Of a DNA stretch of 64,000 bases, positions 1-9,748 are shown in pieces. A program made the translations under genes and the position numbers. This stretch comes from an uncultured delta proteobacterium. Its GTDB lineage: Bacteria; Myxococcota_A; Polyangia; Polyangiales; Polyangiaceae. The DNA lies in the NCBI GenBank assembly GCA_963782055.1, contig CAWAIF010000003.1, positions 384,001 through 448,000 on the forward strand, written 5' to 3'. Position 1 is the stretch's first letter; the number at the start of each line of letters is the position of its first letter. The notes below the pieces were generated by a model, which was not told where the DNA came from, ran no database searches, and saw only the letters and a program-made list of their open reading frames with translations.

Positions 1-654
1 GTCAGCGTGTCGGAGGCCGAGTCCATCCGCGACTGGCTGTTCTACGCCGACCCCGAGCTCAAGCCCGCCCCGCCGCCGCCCGCCCAGCCGGACATCGAGA
101 TCCTGAATCGCCCGGTGCCCTACGCGGAGATGAAGGAGAAGGTGCTCGGCAAGGTGTGCGTCCACTGCCACATGAACGACTTCGAGAAGGACACCGGTCC
201 CGGCAACGGCGGCGGCTTCGGCTACCACGGCATCGGCCTGGCGATGCGCACCTACGAGGCGCTCGTGCACGGCGCCGTCGGCGCCGACGGCAAGCGCTAT
301 TCCGTGCTCATCCCACGCAAGGGCGAGAAGTACGCCCCCCTCCTCGAGGCGATGCTCCGCCGCCGCGTGGAAGAGCAGCGCGATCACGTCCCCGCCTTCG
401 ACGACTACGAGCGCCCGCACTACCCCGAGCGCCTCGGCATGCCGATGGGCCTCCCCGCGATGAGCGCCGACGCGATGAGCTTGCTGGCGACCTGGATCGT
501 GCAGGGCTGCCAGGGACCGACGAAGGTCATCGGCAAGCCAGGCGTCGGCGACGGCTACCTCGTGCAGGACGGCCCGCTGAAGAAGAACAAGGGCTGCGAG
601 CTGCGAAACCCCGAGCACCCCCGCCCGGCCTGGGCCTACGACCAGAAGAAGTAG
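1..654 (+). CDS. c-type cytochrome domain protein, C-terminal part (probably begins before the window)
   Basis: Frame is open from the window edge; CxxCH heme-binding motif (CVHCH) and a distal MPMG...WIVQG segment typical of cytochrome c domains. Confidence 0.65.
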   Translation, partial: VSVSEAESIRDWLFYADPELKPAPPPPAQPDIEILNRPVPYAEMKEKVLGKVCVHCHMNDFEKDTGPGNGGGFGYHGIGLAMRTYEALVHGAVGADGKRYSVLIPRKGEKYAPLLEAMLRRRVEEQRDHVPAFDDYERPHYPERLGMPMGLPAMSADAMSLLATWIVQGCQGPTKVIGKPGVGDGYLVQDGPLKKNKGCELRNPEHPRPAWAYDQKK

Positions 655-709
655 CCGCGCCGCCCGTCAGCCGCGCCGCCATCGGCCACGTCGCGTCAGC
701 CGGGTCCCG

Positions 710-870
710 TCAGCCGCGCGCGGCGATCTGCGCCACGCTCGGCCCCAGCACCAGCACCGTCCCCGCCGACGTGCCAGACGCGCGCACCGCTCGCCGCGTC
801 CAGTCCGACGATGCCCTTGTGCGACGCGACGACCAGCACCTCCCGCGCCGGCGCCGTGCGATACGTGCAT
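710..870 (-). pseudogene. frameshifted remnant of a small PQQ-like beta-propeller-repeat protein
   Basis: ATG overlaps the OPT stop (TGATG); one frame reads TYRTAPAREVLVVASHKGIVGLDAASGARVWHV, another reads SAGTVLVLGPSVAQIAARG-stop. Confidence 0.4.
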
Positions 871-2825
871 CACTGCAGGTAGCCCGCCGCGCTCAGCAGC
901 GCGACCAGCACCCCGAGCAGGCTCTCCCCCGCGATGATCCCCGACGCCACCGGGATGACGTACCGCTCCGCGTGGTCCTTCTTCATCTTCGTCCAGACCG
1001 CCGCGATCACCGCGCCGATGAACATGCTCAGCGAGTTGAAGAAGGGGATCACCAGCGCCAGCCCGATGCCCATCGCGCTCGGCACGTACTTCTTGTGCTT
1101 CGGGAAGGCGAGCTCCAGGAGCGGCAGGATGAGCCCGATGATGCCGCCGATGATGGCGCCCCACCGCGCCCACGGGTGCAGCGACTCCACGCCGTGCGCC
1201 AGCACCTCCGCCACGCCCTTCCACACCTGCGCGCTCGGCGCGGGGAAGCGGTCGGTGCCCAGCGCGTCCGGCGTCGGCACCAGCTTGTAGAACGCCGGCA
1301 CCACCACGAGCGTCCCCACCACGGTGCCGGAGAGCTGCGCCAGGAACTGCTGCCGCGGGTTGGCGCCGAGCAGGTACCCGCTCTTCAGGTCGGTGAGCAG
1401 GTCGGCGGAGCTCCCCGCCGCTCCCGCCGTGATGCTCGCCGTCATCAGGTTGGTGGTGATGTTGGTGGGGGCGATGACGCCGTAGGTCAGCTGCGTGATC
1501 TTGCCCATCGCGCCGACGGGCGTCGTGTCCGTCTCGCCGGTGGCGCGGCACGCGACGATCGCCAGCACGAACGCCAGGATGACCGCCAGCACCCCCAGCC
1601 ACGGGGCGATGTGGAAGGAGAACCAGCCGACCACCACCAGGCCGATCGTCGCGAAGGCCACGCCGATGACGAACCACGACGATGGCACCTCGATGCGGTC
1701 CATCTCCTCGCGGATCACCTCCATGTCGTCGGTGTCCGCAGCGTCGCGGTACGGCGCCTTCTTCGCCTTGCTCTTGCGGCGCAGCATCTTCCCGAACCCG
1801 CTGAAGGCGCGCAGCACCGTGCGCCACTGCAGGCCGAAGGTGAGCAGCCCGGAGGTCACCATCATCGCAGCGCCCGGCCACAGGCTGAGCGACACGATCG
1901 TCCGGTACCCGAGCTCCGGTGTGCCGTCCGCTCCGGGGTGCGTGGCGATGACCCCGTGCGCCAGCGCCGCCGGCGCGAAGATGCCATAGTTGATGGCCGC
2001 GCCGATCAGCATGCTGATGGTCGTGCGCAGCCCCATCAGCGCGCCCGCCGCGATGAAGATGAGCGAGCCCTCGAAGCTGATCGTGTACTTGATGAGCGCG
2101 AGGCCCTTGAGCTTCAGCCCGCCGAAGGGGATCTGCGAGGGGATCTTGCTCAGCTTCGTGAGCACCCCGAGGATCGGGTGGCCCGCGGCGGCGTGCGCGT
2201 CGCGCAGCCAGGTGACCGCGGCGCCCACGCCCATCGCGATGAACAGCGCGCGCGCCTTGTCCAGCGCCTCCTTGCCCGCGCCGTAGAGCGATCGCAACGT
2301 CTCCGCCGCGGCGATGCCGGAGGGGAAGCGGAGCTGCTCGATGTTGATCATCTGCCGCTTCATGGGGATGGCCATCACCGTCCCGAGCACCGCCAGGAAG
2401 AACGTCCAGCTCATGAGCGTCGGCCACGGAAGGTGGTGCCCCTGCACGAGGAGCAGCGCGCAGATCGCCGATGTCGTCACCCCGCCGGTCGAGTAGCCCG
2501 CCGCCGACGCGGTGGACTGCATCGCGTTGTTCTCCAGCAGCGTCATGTTCGTGCCGAAGACGCTCGGCGCGATCTTCGCGAGCGTGGAGTAGACGGCGAA
2601 GGAGAGGATGCACGCGGTGATGGCGACCCCCAGCCCCCACCCCGTCTTCAACCCGACGTACAGGTTGGACAGCGCCATCAGCGCGCCCAGCAGGCTGCCC
2701 ATCACGAAGGAGCGGAGGGTGAACTGCCGCACGTTGCCGCGGTAGACCGTCCGGAACCAGTCGACCTCCGGGTCCCCCGTCGGCTCGTACGCGGGGCGCT
2801 CGTCCTCGGCGGTGGGCTCGGGCAT
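870..2825 (-). CDS. OPT family oligopeptide transporter
   Basis: Many TM helices; motifs NLYVGLKTG, ENNAMQSTASA, LRFPSG, DLKSGYLLGANPRQQF, SGIIAGES; start taken at MPEPTAE. Confidence 0.92.
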   Translation of the reverse strand: MPEPTAEDERPAYEPTGDPEVDWFRTVYRGNVRQFTLRSFVMGSLLGALMALSNLYVGLKTGWGLGVAITACILSFAVYSTLAKIAPSVFGTNMTLLENNAMQSTASAAGYSTGGVTTSAICALLLVQGHHLPWPTLMSWTFFLAVLGTVMAIPMKRQMINIEQLRFPSGIAAAETLRSLYGAGKEALDKARALFIAMGVGAAVTWLRDAHAAAGHPILGVLTKLSKIPSQIPFGGLKLKGLALIKYTISFEGSLIFIAAGALMGLRTTISMLIGAAINYGIFAPAALAHGVIATHPGADGTPELGYRTIVSLSLWPGAAMMVTSGLLTFGLQWRTVLRAFSGFGKMLRRKSKAKKAPYRDAADTDDMEVIREEMDRIEVPSSWFVIGVAFATIGLVVVGWFSFHIAPWLGVLAVILAFVLAIVACRATGETDTTPVGAMGKITQLTYGVIAPTNITTNLMTASITAGAAGSSADLLTDLKSGYLLGANPRQQFLAQLSGTVVGTLVVVPAFYKLVPTPDALGTDRFPAPSAQVWKGVAEVLAHGVESLHPWARWGAIIGGIIGLILPLLELAFPKHKKYVPSAMGIGLALVIPFFNSLSMFIGAVIAAVWTKMKKDHAERYVIPVASGIIAGESLLGVLVALLSAAGYLQ

Positions 2826-2892
2826 CGGTGGTGTATACACGCGCCGCCGTGCGGCCAAAAGCGGCCGTTTTCGCTCGGCGCGGACGCCGCGG

Positions 2893-5800
2893 CTACTGCT
2901 TGGCGCAGCGCAACACGGTGCGCCCGCGGTTGGTGAAGACCGCGACGTCCATGGCCCTGCCCGTCGACTTGGGGAGGGGCCCCGCCGCCGCGAGGTTGCC
3001 CACGCGCGTGGAGAGCTTCTCGACGCACACCGTCCCCGGACCGAGCCGGTAGCGCGCCACCGGTTGACGGGACGAGAAGGAGGCGACGTACCGGCCGCTG
3101 CGCGCGTCGTGCTGCACGACCGTGGCGCCCCCCGGCCACCGGCTGTCGAGCACCCAGCCACCGTCGGCGGGGCCGCACACGTCCAGGTGCATCCCGGAGA
3201 AGTCGGAGGCTCCCAGCCGCTCCGGCTCGCCGGTGGCGCCCGTCGCCTCGTCGATGGGGAGCGCCCAGAGCTGCGGGGCCCAGCGGTCGGGACGCGTGTC
3301 GCCGTCCATCCGCGGCGGCCCCTGCACGATCGCCCCGAGGCCGGAGCCGTCGGCGCGTCGCGCGACCCGCACCGGCGGCGCCACCTGCGCGTGGTAGCCG
3401 GCGCGGGGCAGGCGCAGAAGCTCGCGCGCCACGCCGCTCTCCACCGCGTAGATCACCTCCTCCGGCGGGTCGGTGGAGGGCACCGCGAGGTACCACTTGC
3501 CGTGTAGCCGCGTGGCCGAGTCGATCATCCCGAGCAGCGACCCGTCGGGTTGCGTGATCTCCACCGGCGCGCGGTCGCTCTCCAGCTCCACCGCGACGGT
3601 GTCGTCCGTGCTCCCGGCGCCGTAGCCGTGCCGCGCCACCATCATCAGCGCGTGGCTGGCATCGTCCCCCGGCACCATGCTCGCCGAGGCGAAGCGGTGC
3701 GGGGGCGCCCCGCCGAGCGAGGCGAAGTTCGTCGCGTCCACCAGGAACCGCGGGATGGGGATCGCCAGCGTGGTGTGCAGGCTCGTCGAGGGCTCGTATG
3801 GAGAGGTCCAGCGCACGACGAACTTGCCCTTCATCGCCCACTCGATGCCCTTCGGTCCCCAGGAGTAGAAGTGCATGAGCGGGCCGACGTCGACGCGCCC
3901 CAGCCCCAGCGAGGTCGCCGCGCGGTCGAAGACGTCGTCGGCACGCTGCCCGAACGGCTGCTCCTCCGTCCCCAGCCTGGGCGCCTCCATCGCGTAGAAG
4001 GACGACCAGTCACTGGCCTGGCCGTAGCCGTAACGGCCGTAGACGCCGTAGCGCCCGTAGCGCGGGTAAGGCCGCGGGCCGACGTACGACGAGACCGCGG
4101 CGTTGGCCGCCGGCGGGGAAGGCTTGCCGACCAGCTCGCAGCGCAGGTCCAGGCGCTCCGGCGACGGGACGTGCGACATGGCGACGGTCGGCACCGCAGC
4201 ATCCGCGGTGCGATCGTCCTCTCCGCCCGTGCCGCCCCAGCCCACCCGCAGCCAGCCGGCGAGCTCGCAACCCACCGGACCGCAGCCGTGGAAGAGGCCC
4301 GGCCTGCGGTGCTGATCGATCGGCTGCGGGAGCGTCACGTTCTGCCAGTGCATGCCGCCGTCGGTCGTCTCGAAGCTCAGCCGCGACGCGGTCCAGCCCA
4401 CGCCGTAGCGACCGGACACCATCACCGTGCCGAGCTCCTTCACGTAGCTGCCGTGCTTCGTCTTGCCGTCGAGGGCGACACGCACGCCGAGGAACGTGCC
4501 GGAGAGCTCCACCCACCCGCTGAGCACGCCAGGCTCGCGCTCCTCGAAGCCCTCCATCCAGGTGCCGCTGCGCAGCACGCCGAGGGCGTGCTGCTCGCTG
4601 GCCGCGGCGTCGTCGTCATCGCCCGGGGCGACCACCGGCTTGACGAAGGTGAGCGGGCGCGTCGTGGCGTGGGCGCCGTCCAGCAGCGTGAGGCGCGCGG
4701 TGGCGAGGTCTCCCGAAGGCGGCGAGAGGATGGCCGTGCGACCGTCGCGCAGCGCGACCACGCGCTCGCCGCCCACCTCGCCGCGCACGTCGAGCTCGCG
4801 CCAGGTGCCGTCCACGCCGCGCACGCAGTAGGTGTGCATGCCGGGCGTGGCGTCGTCGGCGGCGTCCGCGTCGCACGCGCCGTGCACCACGATCGCCCCG
4901 TTCCCCGAGCTCATCGCCGCGCGCGGGTTGTCCCACTGCTTCAGCAGCGCGAGACGCGCTTCGTGCGCGTGCCACGCGTAGATCGCCGTGCGGCCGTGCG
5001 GCTCGCCGCACACGAAGCCGAACGCGCCCGGCTCCGCCGGCCGGGCCAGCGGGATGGGGTGGCACCGCGAGGGGGCGAGCGGGTACGCGTCGGCCACCGC
5101 CTCCACCACGCGCCCGTCGGCGAGCCGCACTCGCGCCAGCGTACCGTCGCGCGCCACCAGCGCCGTCCCGTCGGGGAGCGGCCAGCCGTCCTCCACCGCC
5201 GCCGCCAGCGGGCGCTTGCCGAGCACGCGCGCCGGGCCCTCCGACCGCGCGTCCACCACCGGCGTCGCCGCCCGGGTAGGCGCCTCCGTCAGACGTCCGA
5301 CCGCGCCGTCCCCGTGCAGCTCCATCCACTGCGTCGACTTGCCCGCCTCCGGGCCTGCGATCGCGACGGCGCCGCTGTCCTCGACGAGCTTCGTCGGTTC
5401 GAAGGGCAGCGGCACCTTCTGCCACCGCGCGCCGGCGTCGAACGTCGCCACCAGACCGCGCAGATCGGTGACGGCCACCGCGCGCCATCCGTCGACGGCG
5501 AGGTAGTCGCCCACCTCCGGCCCGCCCGGCCACGGACCGAGGTCGAGCAATCTGCCCGACGCCGGGTCGAACGCCGCGTAGGCATGGTTGTTCAGCCGCA
5601 CGTACGCGCGGTCCAGGCCGACGAACAGCCGCGTCGGCACCATCGGCGCGACGTAGATGCGGCGCAGCGGCGCGAGCCACGTGTCCGCGCGCCAGACCAT
5701 CGAGTTGATGAGGAACAGAAAGCCGCCGCCCATCCGCGCGGGCACCGCGATGGTCGCACTGGGCGGCTGCGGGAGCTGGTCCAGCGCGGACAGCACGCCG

Positions 5801-6069
5801 CCGCCGGGCAGGTTCACCACGCGCACCCCGGATGTGATGGTGCGCAGCCCGCCGCCCGGTTCCACGCCGAAGGTCACGTCGTCGGCGCGCAGCTCCGCGG
5901 GGACGATGCGCGGGGGGTGCACCGTCGGGTCCGCCAGGGGGGCGGCCTCCGCCGTGCGCAGTGCGACGGTGGGTGGAGGCGTCTCCGCGCCGCGGGCGGC
6001 GCACGCGGCGGCGAAGAGGCTGAATGCAGCGAGGGCCCGGGACGTCGTCACGAGGCTTGAACGTAGCAC
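2893..6069 (-). CDS. large secreted/lipoprotein hypothetical protein with beta-propeller/BNR-like motifs
   Basis: 1058-aa ORF with GC3-biased codons, lipobox-like FAAAC, Asp-box-like TFDAGARW and TTDGGMHW. Confidence 0.7.
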   Translation of the reverse strand: MLRSSLVTTSRALAAFSLFAAACAARGAETPPPTVALRTAEAAPLADPTVHPPRIVPAELRADDVTFGVEPGGGLRTITSGVRVVNLPGGGVLSALDQLPQPPSATIAVPARMGGGFLFLINSMVWRADTWLAPLRRIYVAPMVPTRLFVGLDRAYVRLNNHAYAAFDPASGRLLDLGPWPGGPEVGDYLAVDGWRAVAVTDLRGLVATFDAGARWQKVPLPFEPTKLVEDSGAVAIAGPEAGKSTQWMELHGDGAVGRLTEAPTRAATPVVDARSEGPARVLGKRPLAAAVEDGWPLPDGTALVARDGTLARVRLADGRVVEAVADAYPLAPSRCHPIPLARPAEPGAFGFVCGEPHGRTAIYAWHAHEARLALLKQWDNPRAAMSSGNGAIVVHGACDADAADDATPGMHTYCVRGVDGTWRELDVRGEVGGERVVALRDGRTAILSPPSGDLATARLTLLDGAHATTRPLTFVKPVVAPGDDDDAAASEQHALGVLRSGTWMEGFEEREPGVLSGWVELSGTFLGVRVALDGKTKHGSYVKELGTVMVSGRYGVGWTASRLSFETTDGGMHWQNVTLPQPIDQHRRPGLFHGCGPVGCELAGWLRVGWGGTGGEDDRTADAAVPTVAMSHVPSPERLDLRCELVGKPSPPAANAAVSSYVGPRPYPRYGRYGVYGRYGYGQASDWSSFYAMEAPRLGTEEQPFGQRADDVFDRAATSLGLGRVDVGPLMHFYSWGPKGIEWAMKGKFVVRWTSPYEPSTSLHTTLAIPIPRFLVDATNFASLGGAPPHRFASASMVPGDDASHALMMVARHGYGAGSTDDTVAVELESDRAPVEITQPDGSLLGMIDSATRLHGKWYLAVPSTDPPEEVIYAVESGVARELLRLPRAGYHAQVAPPVRVARRADGSGLGAIVQGPPRMDGDTRPDRWAPQLWALPIDEATGATGEPERLGASDFSGMHLDVCGPADGGWVLDSRWPGGATVVQHDARSGRYVASFSSRQPVARYRLGPGTVCVEKLSTRVGNLAAAGPLPKSTGRAMDVAVFTNRGRTVLRCAKQ

Positions 6070-6124
6070 CGGGCGCGGGCCTTGGATTGCCGGCGCGCCC
6101 GCCTTGCTCTACACCGGGACCTGC

Positions 6125-6766
6125 ATGGCGGACCTTTCGGCGCTGCGGCGCGAGTACGAAGCGCGAGGCCTGGACGAGAAGGACGTCGCCTCGGACCCCA
6201 TCGCCCAGTTCGACGCGTGGTTCGGGGAGGCGCACGCCGCCGGCGTGCGCGAGCCCAACGCCATGACGCTCGCCACGCTCCAGCCGGATGGCGCGCCCGG
6301 CGCGCGGGTGGTGCTCCTCAAGGGCTTCGACGAGCGCGGCTTCCTCTTTTACACCAACTACGCGAGCGCCAAGGCGAGCGCGATCGAGCACGACGCCCGG
6401 GTCGCGCTCGTCTTTCTGTGGCTTCCGCTCGAGCGGCAGGTGCGCGTGGCGGGGCGCGCGGAGCGCACGTCGCCGGAGGAGTCCGCCGCCTACTTCCGGA
6501 CGCGGCCGCGCGGGGCGCAGCTCGGCGCGTGGGCGTCGGCGCAGAGCACCGCGGTGCAAAGCCGCGCGGCGCTGGAGGCGAGCCTGGCCGAGCTGGAAGC
6601 CGAGTACGAGGGCGGCCGCGAGGTGCCTCTGCCTCCGTTCTGGGGCGGCTACCGGGTCCTCCCGACGTCGGTGGAGTTCTGGCAGGGTCGGCCCAGCCGC
6701 CTGCACGACCGGATCCGGTACGTGAAAGAGGGTCCTGCCTGGCGGATCGAGCGCCTCGCCCCCTGA
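6125..6766 (+). CDS. pdxH: pyridoxamine 5'-phosphate oxidase
   Basis: LRREY, EPNAMTLAT, RVVLLKG, FYTNY, RPRGAQLGAWAS, EFWQGRPSRLHDR, ERLAP. Confidence 0.96.
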   Translation: MADLSALRREYEARGLDEKDVASDPIAQFDAWFGEAHAAGVREPNAMTLATLQPDGAPGARVVLLKGFDERGFLFYTNYASAKASAIEHDARVALVFLWLPLERQVRVAGRAERTSPEESAAYFRTRPRGAQLGAWASAQSTAVQSRAALEASLAELEAEYEGGREVPLPPFWGGYRVLPTSVEFWQGRPSRLHDRIRYVKEGPAWRIERLAP

Positions 6767-6898
6767 TCGACGCCCGGACGTCGGATCGCGAGCGCAAATA
6801 ATGCGTGCCCAACAGGGCTGAACTGGCGCCGCGGGTTGGCCGTACGCGTACTTGAGTGTTGCGACGATGATCCTCGTGAGCCGAGAATGTGGGGCTTG

Positions 6899-8533
6899 AT
6901 GTCTGACGGGAGTGCAAAGCACGAAACGGCCCGCTCCAGCAGCACCTCCCCGCCGCCCTCTGGCCCCATCTCGCGGGCGCTGCCGGAGGCGGACCTCAAC
7001 GTGGTGCTTCACCACATCGCCGACGGCGTGGCGGTCTGCAAGCTGGACCGCTTCGTCTACGCGAACAAGAGCATGCTCCGCCTGCTGGCGCAGGACGGCG
7101 AGAAGCTGGCCGAGCGCACGGTGAGCGACGTGACCGGGGTGCCGTGGGATGAGTGGACACGGTCGCGTCCTGCCATCACCACCGAGGGCTGGCGCCGCTC
7201 CGACGGCGCCGTGGTCCGCGTCGAGGTCACCGTGTCCCTGGTGAGCATCGCCGGCGGCAAGGCGTGGGTGGTGCTCGCGCGCGACGCGACGACGCTCTGG
7301 CAGTCCCGCGCCCAGCTGGAGCAGGTGGATCGCCTGGCCGCGGTGGGCTCGCTCGCGGCGGGCGTCGCGCACCAGCTGAACAACCCGCTCGCGGCGGTCA
7401 TCACCGACGTCAACTTCCTCGCCGACGAGCTGCACGGCCTCCTTCGCGAGGCGGCGAGCGGGACGCTCTCCGCCGCCGGCGTCGCGCGCGCGGGCGAGCT
7501 GCTCCAGGCGGCGACCGAAGCGCGCGATGGCGCCCAGCGCGTGGCGGCGATCGTGAGGGACCTCCAGACACTCTCCCGCACCGCCGACGAGCGGCGCGTG
7601 CCGATCGACGTGCGGGCGGTCCTCGACTCTGCCGCGGTCGTCATCGGAAGCGAGCTGGAAGGCCGGGCGAAGCTGGTCAAGGAGTACGAGCCGGTGCCGC
7701 TCGTCGTCGCCAACGAGTCGCTGCTGGCGAAGGCGTTCCTCAGCGTCCTGCTCAACGCGGTCCAGGCAGTCCGCAAGGACGGCTCGCCCCACCAGGTCGT
7801 CGTCCGGACGTACATGGAGGTGCCGGGGCCGCACGCGCCGAACGTCAGCGACAGCACGCCCGGCACCGACATGCACGTCGTCGTGGAGATCGTCGACGAC
7901 GGGCAAGGCATGACGTCCGCGGTGCGCGAGCGCATCTTCGACCCCTTCTTCACCGTCAAGCCCGTCGGCATCGGCACGGGCCTCGGGCTCACGACGGCGC
8001 TGGCCACGGTGACGAGCCTCGGCGGCCGGATCGACGTGGAGAGCGAGGAGGGGCGCGGCGCGACCTTCCGCATCGTGCTGCCCGCGCGGTCGAGGGAGCT
8101 CCCGAGGGACAGGCCGGCGGAGACGCCGCTGGCTCCGGCTCCGACGCCACAGGCGCGGCCGCGCATGCTCATCGTCGACGACGAGCAGACCCTCATCAGC
8201 GCCCTGCGCCGCGTCCTGGTGCGCGAGAACGACGTGGAGTCGGCCTCCTCGGCCCGGGCGGCGCTGGCCATCCTGGAGAAAGACGACCGCTTCGACGTCA
8301 TTCTGTGTGACATCATGATGCCGGACATGACAGGTATCGATTTCTTCCAGGAGGTGGAGCGCACGCGTCCACACCTGCGCGACAAGTTCATCTTCATGAC
8401 CGGCGGCGCGTTCACGCCGGTCGCGCGCGCCTTCCTCGACTCCATCGATCTGCCGCGGCTGGAGAAGCCGTTCGACCTCCGCGAGCTACGCCACCTGCTG
8501 CGCCAGCGGCTCAAGCAGGGCGAGGGAGCTTGA
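6899..8533 (+). CDS. hybrid sensor histidine kinase/response regulator (PAS-like, HisKA, HATPase, REC)
   Basis: H-box AHQLNNPL, N-box NAVQA, DDGQG, FDPFFT, GTGLGL; receiver LIVDDE...DIMMP...KPF; start uncertain (6836-6899). Confidence 0.92.
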   Translation: MSDGSAKHETARSSSTSPPPSGPISRALPEADLNVVLHHIADGVAVCKLDRFVYANKSMLRLLAQDGEKLAERTVSDVTGVPWDEWTRSRPAITTEGWRRSDGAVVRVEVTVSLVSIAGGKAWVVLARDATTLWQSRAQLEQVDRLAAVGSLAAGVAHQLNNPLAAVITDVNFLADELHGLLREAASGTLSAAGVARAGELLQAATEARDGAQRVAAIVRDLQTLSRTADERRVPIDVRAVLDSAAVVIGSELEGRAKLVKEYEPVPLVVANESLLAKAFLSVLLNAVQAVRKDGSPHQVVVRTYMEVPGPHAPNVSDSTPGTDMHVVVEIVDDGQGMTSAVRERIFDPFFTVKPVGIGTGLGLTTALATVTSLGGRIDVESEEGRGATFRIVLPARSRELPRDRPAETPLAPAPTPQARPRMLIVDDEQTLISALRRVLVRENDVESASSARAALAILEKDDRFDVILCDIMMPDMTGIDFFQEVERTRPHLRDKFIFMTGGAFTPVARAFLDSIDLPRLEKPFDLRELRHLLRQRLKQGEGA

Positions 8534-9372
8534 ACGAAGAGGCGCTCGCCCGCTTCCTGGAGCTCGTCCGGCGGGAAATGGACACCGCGGAGGTGTCGGT
8601 GGTCCCCGCCGGAGACGTGCCGCCGGGGCCCAACGTGCTCGTCGCGGCGCTCGGGCCGGAGCACGAGATCGTCGTGCGCCTGGAGGAGGCGCCGGACGAC
8701 GTGGAGGCGCGGCAGCGGCGACTGGACATGCTGGTGTCGGCGTTCGCGAGCGCCATCCTGGGCGATCAGCCGCACAAACCGTCGCCCTCCCGGTCGCTGC
8801 GCGAGGAGCTGCGCGCGCTCGCGGTGCGCGCCGGCGCGGTCGACGCCCTGGTGATCGATGCGCACTCGCCGGTGGTGTGGGGCGCCGTCGGCAAGGTGGA
8901 GGTGGAGGCGCCCGGCGCGACCATCGTCCCGCTGCGCCCGCAGGACCGCGAGCGCGTGGAGCGCATCCAGGAGTCGCACCGCGATCTCATCGCCGCCCTC
9001 GCGCTGGAGGACGACGCCGACGAGGGCTCGACGTCGGTGCCGCCTCCCGCGCCGGGCTCGCCCGCGCCGCTGGTGAAGCGCGCCGTCGACGAGGTGCGCG
9101 CGATGCCGGTGACGGGCGCCCTTCACCGCGGCGCCCACCTGGCGCACGCCGTCCGACGGCCGGACTTCGGCTACATCGCGCGGAGCTTCGCCGCCATCTA
9201 CGTGCTCATCGTGGTCTTCGACCGCGCCTACGACGAGATCCGCGCCGAGCGCGCGGTGCGCGATGGCCTCCCCGTCATCGAGCGCCTGGTGCTCGCGCTG
9301 CCGCCCTTCGATCCCGAGCCGGCGCCGATGGCCGGCGTCATCTCGCTACGTGGCCGCCGCCGTAGAAGGTAG
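8530..9372 (+). CDS. hypothetical protein, possible Roadblock/MglB-like fold
   Basis: TTG start overlaps the kinase stop; AGAVDALVID and YVLIVVFDR segments resemble Roadblock/LC7 elements. Confidence 0.6.
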   Translation: MNEEALARFLELVRREMDTAEVSVVPAGDVPPGPNVLVAALGPEHEIVVRLEEAPDDVEARQRRLDMLVSAFASAILGDQPHKPSPSRSLREELRALAVRAGAVDALVIDAHSPVVWGAVGKVEVEAPGATIVPLRPQDRERVERIQESHRDLIAALALEDDADEGSTSVPPPAPGSPAPLVKRAVDEVRAMPVTGALHRGAHLAHAVRRPDFGYIARSFAAIYVLIVVFDRAYDEIRAERAVRDGLPVIERLVLALPPFDPEPAPMAGVISLRGRRRRR

Positions 9373-9726
9373 CCTCGTCGCGGCTCCCGGACGGCGCGTT
9401 CAGCCGCCACGTCCTGGTGGCGTGGCGAACGACCGTCGTCTTGCGAACGCCGTCGCCCGAGACGTCCGCGTCGCTCCAGCGATGGCTGTCGCGTTCCGAG
9501 CGGAAGCGAAGGACGTGGAGGCCTCGCGGCAGGTCCACCACGCAGGGGGTGATGCACACCGGCCTCGTCCGCTCATCGTCCGCTTCGGCCCAGATGCCGC
9601 GCCGGCGACCTCGGCGTGCTCGTGGGCGTCCGGGAGGACGCGGGAAGGCATCGCGGGCGGGGCGATCTCGCGCGTGCACGCGATGGTGGAGAGGGCGAGG
9701 AGGGGAAGGAGCATGGTCGGGCGCAT
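9338..9726 (-). pseudogene. frameshifted small lipoprotein with PEGA-like segment
   Basis: Signal peptide/lipobox (LSTIAC) in one frame; RPVCITPCVVDLPRGLHVLRF in another; frame switch near 9600. Confidence 0.5.
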
Positions 9727-9748
9727 GGCCGCCCAGGTTGCGACCGGG

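Noticed and set aside
760..872. Stop-codon readthrough fusing OPT to a PQQ-like tail
   Set aside because: The OPT C-terminus is already complete and the downstream segment is itself broken; a remnant gene explains it better.
156..2936. Long Arg/Gly/Ala-rich alternative-frame and antisense ORFs (also 4616-8374, 9573-13490, 21724-26616, 31890-35291 and others)
   Set aside because: Shadow ORFs expected in very GC-rich DNA; they overlap genes with clear motifs and have none themselves.
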